A stretch of DNA of 64,000 bases. Source: Candidatus Omnitrophota bacterium. GTDB taxonomy: Bacteria; Omnitrophota; Gorgyraeia; Zapsychrales; Zapsychraceae. Positions 58,281-64,000 of the stretch are shown here, piece after piece. Position numbers and translations under genes: made by a program. The stretch covers positions 6,560 to 70,559 of the forward strand of contig JACRHP010000009.1 in the NCBI GenBank assembly GCA_016212005.1, written 5' to 3'. Every line of letters begins with the position of its first letter. Position 1 is the stretch's first letter. The notes under the pieces were generated by a model that made no database searches, was not told the DNA's origin, and worked only from the letters and a program-made list of their open reading frames with translations.

Positions 58281-59510
58281 ATGGAAAGCAACGAATTATT
58301 GACTATACTGGAACAGTTAGAGCGCGATAAAGGCATTGAGAAAAAAGTGCTCATTGAGGCGGTGGAGTCCGCCGTGGCCTCGGCCGCCAAAAAATTATGG
58401 ACGGTCGACAAAAATGAGGAAGTGCGCGCGGTCCTGGACATCAAGACCGGCCGCATCACCGCCTACGCCGGCAACCAGGAGATCCGCTCCGGCGAATTCG
58501 GCCGCATTGCCGCCCAGACCGCCAAACAGGTCGTGATCCAGAAAATCCGCGAAGCGGAAAAAAATGTTGTCTTTAACGAATACCAGGTCCGCATCGGAGA
58601 GATCATCTCCGGCGGGATTTACCGTTTCGAACGGGGAAATATCATCGTCGATCTAGGCAAGGCTGAAGCTTATGTCCCGAAAAAAGAACAATCGCCCAAG
58701 GAGGAATTCCGCCAGGGAGACCGTATCCGGGCCTATGTCCTGGACGTCAAACGCGACACCAAGGGTCCGCAAATTATCCTGTCGCGCGCCAACCCAAGTT
58801 TTGTCAAAAAACTGTTTCAACTGGAGGTGCCGGAGATCTATGAGGGGATCGTCGAGATCAAGGCCATCGCGCGTGACGTGGGCGAACGCACCAAGATCGC
58901 CGTATATTCCAAGGACGAAAAAGTGGATTGTGTGGGCGCCTGTGTCGGCATGCGTGGGTCCCGTGTCAAGAATATCGTCTCCGAATTGCAGGGTGAGAAG
59001 ATCGATATCGTCCGATATTCCTCGGATATCAAGGAATACATCCAGGCCGCGCTCTCCCCGGCGGAGATTTCGCAGATCCAGCTGAATTATGACGGGAAAA
59101 AGGCCAACATCATCGTCGCGGACGACCAGTTGTCGCTCGCCATCGGCAAACACGGGCAAAACGTCCGGCTGGCCAGCCAGCTGGTGGGATGGGAACTGGA
59201 TCTGTTTTCTTCCGACCAATGGAAGCAGTTGCAAGAACAGCAGACCCAACCCCAGCAAGAAACACCCGCCCCGGCGCCGGAAGAAGGACAACCGGCGGAA
59301 TCGGCCGGAGATATGGGATCGCTTTCGGGCATCGGCGAAAAATTAACGGCCCAACTCAAGCAGGGGGGGTTTGACACGCTTGAAAAAATTGCCAATGCCG
59401 ACGTGGAATCGCTGGTACAAATCAAGGGGCTGGGGGAAGTGAAAGCAAAAAAAATTATTAAAGAGGCCAAGGGCCTGATCAAATCAGGTGATCCTAAAAA
59501 TAAGGAATAA
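58281..59510 (+). CDS. nusA: Transcription termination factor NusA
   Basis: FGRIAAQTAKQV, S1 and KH domains, LAIGKHGQNVRLA, C-terminal HhH. Confidence 0.96.
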   Translation: MESNELLTILEQLERDKGIEKKVLIEAVESAVASAAKKLWTVDKNEEVRAVLDIKTGRITAYAGNQEIRSGEFGRIAAQTAKQVVIQKIREAEKNVVFNEYQVRIGEIISGGIYRFERGNIIVDLGKAEAYVPKKEQSPKEEFRQGDRIRAYVLDVKRDTKGPQIILSRANPSFVKKLFQLEVPEIYEGIVEIKAIARDVGERTKIAVYSKDEKVDCVGACVGMRGSRVKNIVSELQGEKIDIVRYSSDIKEYIQAALSPAEISQIQLNYDGKKANIIVADDQLSLAIGKHGQNVRLASQLVGWELDLFSSDQWKQLQEQQTQPQQETPAPAPEEGQPAESAGDMGSLSGIGEKLTAQLKQGGFDTLEKIANADVESLVQIKGLGEVKAKKIIKEAKGLIKSGDPKNKE

Positions 59511-59516
59511 CGTTTC

Positions 59517-61820
59517 ATGAAAGTTTCCGATTTAGCCAAAGATATCAATACAAGTGTTGATACGATCCTTCAAACGCTTAAATCCTTTAAACTGAAAGCC
59601 AAAGACGGCGACCAGGATTTGAGCGCCGCGGTTGTATCGGTGGTACGCAGCGAGTTGGTAAAAGCTAAAAAGACCACAAGTAAGGCTCCGGCAGCCAAAG
59701 CAGTTGAGAAGACACAAGAGGCCAAACCAAAAGTCAGGAAACAACCAACTGCTGTCAAAACAACGAAGAAAGCCGTTAAAAAAGCGGAACCGCCGGTAAA
59801 ACCTGCACTTGCACCTGCGCCGGCACCGGTACCACCACCTCCTAAACCAGCGGTAAAACCAAAGATGACCATCAGTAATGAGCCGATGATCACTTTGAAA
59901 CCTCTGGCCAGAAAAAAACGCAGGGTCATGGGAGGGCCATCGACCCCTGAAATGTCCGCGCATCCCGCCACAGCCGAACAGACAGCCGTTGGATCAGCCC
60001 GTTTAACCACCACTACATCGGCGGCCACGCCCGTGATGGAACAAATGGCGTCTGTAAGCCAACTGGTCGATCTGGAAGTCCAGCTTCCTGTCACCGTCAA
60101 GGATTTCAGCACGAAAATTCAACAAAAGCCCAGCATTGTCCTTAAATCGCTCATGAAAATGGGGATTTTGGCGCATATCAATCAAAGCCTGGATGGGGAG
60201 ATCGTCAACAGGCTTGCCAAAGAGTTCGGGTACAACATCATCAAAATTAAAACCCAGGAAGAACAACTCGTTGAGACGCACCGCAAGGCGGACGATGACC
60301 CAAAACTCCTTAAACCGCGCGCTCCCGTGATCACCTTTATGGGGCATGTCGACCATGGGAAAACATCCTTACTGGATTGCGTGCGAAAAAGCAAGGTCAC
60401 CGACACCGAGCATGGGGGGATCACCCAGCATATCGGGGCGTATTCCGTCGAACTTCCCAAAGGCCGGATCACATTCCTGGATACTCCGGGGCATGAAGCT
60501 TTTACGGCCATGCGCGCCCGCGGGGCGCATATTACGGATATTGTCGTCCTGGTCGTGGCCGCGGATGAAGGGGTCATGCCTCAAACGGACGAAGCCATCG
60601 ACCACGCCCGCGCCGCGAACGTCCCGATCGTGGTTGCCTTAAATAAAATTGACCGTAAAAACGCCGACCCGGACCGCGTCAAGAAACAACTGGCCGAGCG
60701 GGGGTTAAACCCGGAAGACTGGGGCGGCAAGACGATCGTCGTGGGGGTTTCCGCGCTCACCGGGCAGGGCGTCGATCAGTTGCTGGAATTGATTCTTCTG
60801 GAGGCGGAACTTCTGGAATTAAAAGCCAACCCGGACAAAAAAGCTTCCGGTATCGTCGTGGACGCCCATCTTAGCCCCGGCAAAGGGGCCGTCACCACGC
60901 TGATCGTTCAGGGGGGGACGCTGCGCGACGCGGATACCGTCGTTGTCGGCTCTTATTACGGCCGCGTGCGCGCGATGATCGACGACCGCGGACGCACGAT
61001 CAAGGAGGCCGGGCCGTCCATGCCCATTGAGATCCTGGGGCTTTCTGACGTCCCGGAAGCCGGCGAGCTGTTTTACGCGGTGGAGGATGAACGCCAGGCC
61101 AGGGAAATCACCCTCAAGCGCCAGGAAGAACGCAAAAACCAGCGGTTGCAAATGTCCTCCCGCATTACCCTTGAAGGCCTTTACGCCCAGATCCAGGATG
61201 GACAGATCAAGGAACTTAACGTTATCATCAAGGCCGACGTCCAGGGTTCGCTGGAAGCGTTAAAAGATTCCCTGGGCAAGATCCCCAGTGATAAAGTCAA
61301 AATCAGATTCATCCACTTAGGGGTAGGTGAAGTGAACGCCTCTGACGTCATCCTGGCCGTCGCCTCCAAGGCCATCATTATCGCGTTTCACGTCGGTATC
61401 GACCAGCGCGCCAAGGAAGAACTGGAGAAACAACCCGTGGACGTGCGCAAGTACCGGATCATCTATGACGCCGTTAACGATATCCGTAACGCCCTCGAAG
61501 GGATGCTGGAAGCCAAGACCCGCAAAAAATTCCTGGGCCGCGTGGAGATCCGTGAAGTCTTCAAACTTTCCAAACACGGGATCGTGGCCGGCTGTTACGT
61601 GACCAAAGGGAGGATCACCCGCAAGGATCACGTCGACATTATCCGTAACGACGCCCCCATATATTCGGGTACGGTTTCCAGTTTGAAACGCTTCAAGGAC
61701 GACGTGCGTGAGGTCACCGAAGGGATGGAGTGCGGCATCAGTTTCAGCGGGTTCGATCAGTTCCTCTCCGGAGACATGGTCGAAGCCTACGAACTCGAAA
61801 AGATCACGCAGAAATTATGA
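59517..61820 (+). CDS. infB: Translation initiation factor IF-2
   Basis: [26 protein letters not shown]; Pro/Lys/Ala-rich N-terminal linker. Confidence 0.97.
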   Translation: MKVSDLAKDINTSVDTILQTLKSFKLKAKDGDQDLSAAVVSVVRSELVKAKKTTSKAPAAKAVEKTQEAKPKVRKQPTAVKTTKKAVKKAEPPVKPALAPAPAPVPPPPKPAVKPKMTISNEPMITLKPLARKKRRVMGGPSTPEMSAHPATAEQTAVGSARLTTTTSAATPVMEQMASVSQLVDLEVQLPVTVKDFSTKIQQKPSIVLKSLMKMGILAHINQSLDGEIVNRLAKEFGYNIIKIKTQEEQLVETHRKADDDPKLLKPRAPVITFMGHVDHGKTSLLDCVRKSKVTDTEHGGITQHIGAYSVELPKGRITFLDTPGHEAFTAMRARGAHITDIVVLVVAADEGVMPQTDEAIDHARAANVPIVVALNKIDRKNADPDRVKKQLAERGLNPEDWGGKTIVVGVSALTGQGVDQLLELILLEAELLELKANPDKKASGIVVDAHLSPGKGAVTTLIVQGGTLRDADTVVVGSYYGRVRAMIDDRGRTIKEAGPSMPIEILGLSDVPEAGELFYAVEDERQAREITLKRQEERKNQRLQMSSRITLEGLYAQIQDGQIKELNVIIKADVQGSLEALKDSLGKIPSDKVKIRFIHLGVGEVNASDVILAVASKAIIIAFHVGIDQRAKEELEKQPVDVRKYRIIYDAVNDIRNALEGMLEAKTRKKFLGRVEIREVFKLSKHGIVAGCYVTKGRITRKDHVDIIRNDAPIYSGTVSSLKRFKDDVREVTEGMECGISFSGFDQFLSGDMVEAYELEKITQKL

Positions 61821-62803
61821 AAAAAACCGTTTTTAGCGCGATGCGCCCTACGGGCAAATTACACCTCGGACATCTGGTCGGGGCGCTTCGGAACTGGCTG
61901 GAACTTCAGGAAAAATATCCGTGTATCTTTGCCATTGTGGACTGGCACGCGCTGATGGGGGAATACGAGCAGAGCCAGGAAATCAGCGAAAACGTCCTGG
62001 ACATGGCCATCGACTGGATCGCCTGCGGCATCGACCCGAACAAAACGGTCCTTTTTGTGCAGTCCCACGTCCCGGAGCACCTCGAACTGCACATGATCCT
62101 CGCCTGTCTGACCCCGCTGGGATGGCTGGAGCGCAATCCGACCTATAAAGAACAGTTACGCGAGATTACGACGCGGGATCTGCAAACATACGGCTTCCTG
62201 GGTTATCCGGTTTTGCAGGCAGCAGACATCCTCCTGTACAAAGCGAACACGGTCCCTATCGGAGAAGACCAGTTGCCGCACATCGAATTGACCCGCGAGA
62301 TCGCGCGGCGGTTCAATCATGTTTACAAGACCGATTTTTTCCCGGACTGCGAGGCGCTGTTGACACAAACGCCGCGGCTTTTGGGTGTCGACGGACGGAA
62401 AATGAGCAAAAGCTATCAAAACGCCATCAATCTGGCGGCTTCGGCGGAGGAGATCAAAAAAAAAACCGGCGGGATGTTCACGGACCCCAAACGGATCAAA
62501 CTGTCCGATCCCGGACATCCTCAAGAATGCAACGTTTACAGTTATTACAATGTCTTTGCGGCATCGAAAGCCAGGGACGTTTACGAATGGTGCACGAAAG
62601 CGCAGAAGGGTTGCACTGAGTGCAAGGCGATCCTCTCCAATACCCTTGTTGATCAACTGGCTGGGATTCGGGAGAAGCGCGCGATCCTGGCCCAGAACAA
62701 GGCGCGCGTGAAAGAAATCCTGGACGCCGGACGCAAGCGCGCCCAAAAGATCGCGCAGGAAACCATGAGAGAAGTGCGGGAGATTGTCTTCGGTAAAGGT
62801 TAA
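61817..62803 (+). CDS. trpS: Tryptophan--tRNA ligase
   Basis: PTGKLHLGH, YPVLQAADI, GEDQ, KMSKS; start at ATG 61817 (ATGA overlap). Confidence 0.96.
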   Translation: MKKTVFSAMRPTGKLHLGHLVGALRNWLELQEKYPCIFAIVDWHALMGEYEQSQEISENVLDMAIDWIACGIDPNKTVLFVQSHVPEHLELHMILACLTPLGWLERNPTYKEQLREITTRDLQTYGFLGYPVLQAADILLYKANTVPIGEDQLPHIELTREIARRFNHVYKTDFFPDCEALLTQTPRLLGVDGRKMSKSYQNAINLAASAEEIKKKTGGMFTDPKRIKLSDPGHPQECNVYSYYNVFAASKARDVYEWCTKAQKGCTECKAILSNTLVDQLAGIREKRAILAQNKARVKEILDAGRKRAQKIAQETMREVREIVFGKG

Positions 62804-62824
62804 CCGCAATCAGGGAAAACAGGC

Positions 62825-63619
62825 ATGAGCTACAAACTGAAACTGGATATTTTCGAAGGGCCGCTGGACCTGTTGTTGTATCTTATCAAGAAAGACGACA
62901 TCGACATCCACGATATCCCCATCAGCCAGGTCACGGAACAGTACATGCAGTACATCGACATGATGAAGATGCTGGACCTGGATGTCGTTGGTGATTTCCT
63001 GGTCATGGCGGCGACCCTGATGCAGATCAAGTCCCGGATGCTCCTGCCGCCGGACCCCAACGAACAGCCCGAAGAGGAACTTGACCCGCGCGACGAGCTG
63101 GCCCGCCGTCTTCTCGAATACAAAAAATTCAAGGAAATTGCCGAAGCGCTCAAAGAAAAAGAGCTGCTCCGTCAGGACTTGTTCGGCCGCGCCTTCGACC
63201 AGGAAGAGATCAAACAATTTAAAGCCGACGCCAAAGAGATCTATTACGAAGCGAGCCTTTTTGACCTGATCAACGCGTTTTCAGAGGCCTTAAAGCGCGC
63301 CCCGGAAGAAGTCATCCACGAAATTATCACGGAGGAATTTACCGTCGAACAGAAACTCCACGATGTTTTGCACTATTTGCTCGAACATTCGCCGATCAGG
63401 CTCCAGGACCTTTTCACCCGTTGCCGCCACAAGATCGAGATCATCGTGACGTTCCTGGCGGTCCTGGAATTGATCCGGTTAAAGGAACTGGTTGCCGTGC
63501 AGAAAGGGGTCTTCGGAGAAATCGAGATCATGCGCAACCAGCAGAATATCGTCCCGATAGGGGAGAACGAAACGGATGATGGAAGAACGCAAACAGATCC
63601 TGTTCAACCAGGAAACTGA
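62825..63619 (+). CDS. scpA: Segregation/condensation protein A
   Basis: [28 protein letters not shown]. Confidence 0.94.
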   Translation: MSYKLKLDIFEGPLDLLLYLIKKDDIDIHDIPISQVTEQYMQYIDMMKMLDLDVVGDFLVMAATLMQIKSRMLLPPDPNEQPEEELDPRDELARRLLEYKKFKEIAEALKEKELLRQDLFGRAFDQEEIKQFKADAKEIYYEASLFDLINAFSEALKRAPEEVIHEIITEEFTVEQKLHDVLHYLLEHSPIRLQDLFTRCRHKIEIIVTFLAVLELIRLKELVAVQKGVFGEIEIMRNQQNIVPIGENETDDGRTQTDPVQPGN

Positions 63620-64000
63620 AGAAGACCGGGTCTACAGCCTATCGCTTCGGCCCGCGCAGCTCATTGAGTTTATCGGGCAGAAAGAGCTCATTGAGAACCT
63701 TAAGGTGTCTCTTCAGGCGGCCAGACAGCGCGGGGAATGCCTCGAACACATGCTCCTTTCCGGTCCGCCGGGACTGGGCAAGACCTCGCTGGCCAATATC
63801 GTCGCCCACGAAATGAACGCGCGGATCACGGTCACCTCCGGCCCTGCCATCGAGCGCGCCGGAGACCTCATCGGGATCCTGACCAACCTGGGACAGGGCG
63901 ATATCCTTTTTATCGATGAGATCCACCGCCTTTCCAAAGTGGTCGAAGAGTTTTTATACCCGGCCATGGAAGGTTTCAAGATCGATTTCGTGGTGGACAA
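63576..64000 (+). CDS. ruvB: Holliday junction helicase RuvB, 5' part (runs off the window; not in the supplied ORF track)
   Basis: Hand translation: MMEERKQ...[13 protein letters not shown]...[11 protein letters not shown]...TSGPAIE...FIDEIHRL...LYPAME. Confidence 0.93.
   Translation, partial: MMEERKQILFNQETEEDRVYSLSLRPAQLIEFIGQKELIENLKVSLQAARQRGECLEHMLLSGPPGLGKTSLANIVAHEMNARITVTSGPAIERAGDLIGILTNLGQGDILFIDEIHRLSKVVEEFLYPAMEGFKIDFVVD

Noticed and set aside
59640-60030. Low-complexity repeats (PAPAP, TTTT, Lys/Ala-rich) in infB
   Set aside because: Normal variable N-terminal linker of IF-2
1055-63926. Many long minus-strand and alternate-frame ORFs (e.g. 15906-16958, 17861-18949, 42237-43148)
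   Set aside because: They overlap well-supported + strand genes and show no recognisable motifs; they are antisense shadows of coding sequence

Overview
Bacterial chromosomal window in which every gene I could support lies on the + strand. Gene order and content suggest the PVC superphylum, possibly Candidatus Omnitrophota (inference only). Core content, in order: 3' end of frr; tRNA-Lys/Leu/Gly; PTS IIA-yvcK-HPr-EI; metK-ahcY; ilvC-leuA-aroE-pilD-aroK-dprA-topA-xerC; a long LPS/Kdo/heptose/Lpt cluster; tig-clpP-serA-purA; uppS-cdsA-dxr-rseP; an orphan CpaF ATPase; proS-rimP-nusA-infB-trpS-scpA; 5' part of ruvB. An ~8 kb accessory island (22.2-30.3 kb) sits inside the LPS cluster. It holds an AAA+ ATPase, an HTH-MNT/HEPN pair, terminal fragments of four restriction-modification genes, a DUF4238-like gene, a TIR/NDT-like TPR protein and two Bro-N genes. 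A second MNT/HEPN pair lies at 33.6-34.8 kb. Two signals stand out. (1) A family of bulged twin-hairpin inserts sits at the GG^TAGAG junction of tRNA D-loop sequence: once in a duplicated tRNA-Lys 5' end that brackets a small GIY-YIG nuclease gene, and once in a stray tRNA-Thr(CGT)-like fragment between kdsB and kdsA. Related palindromic inserts occur elsewhere, including a 63-bp in-frame insertion in rimP. (2) Most accessory cassettes are bracketed by their own 15-80 bp direct repeat whose downstream copy begins at or near the gene's 3' end, with no integrase or transposase in the island. All assignments are by eye; no searches were run.
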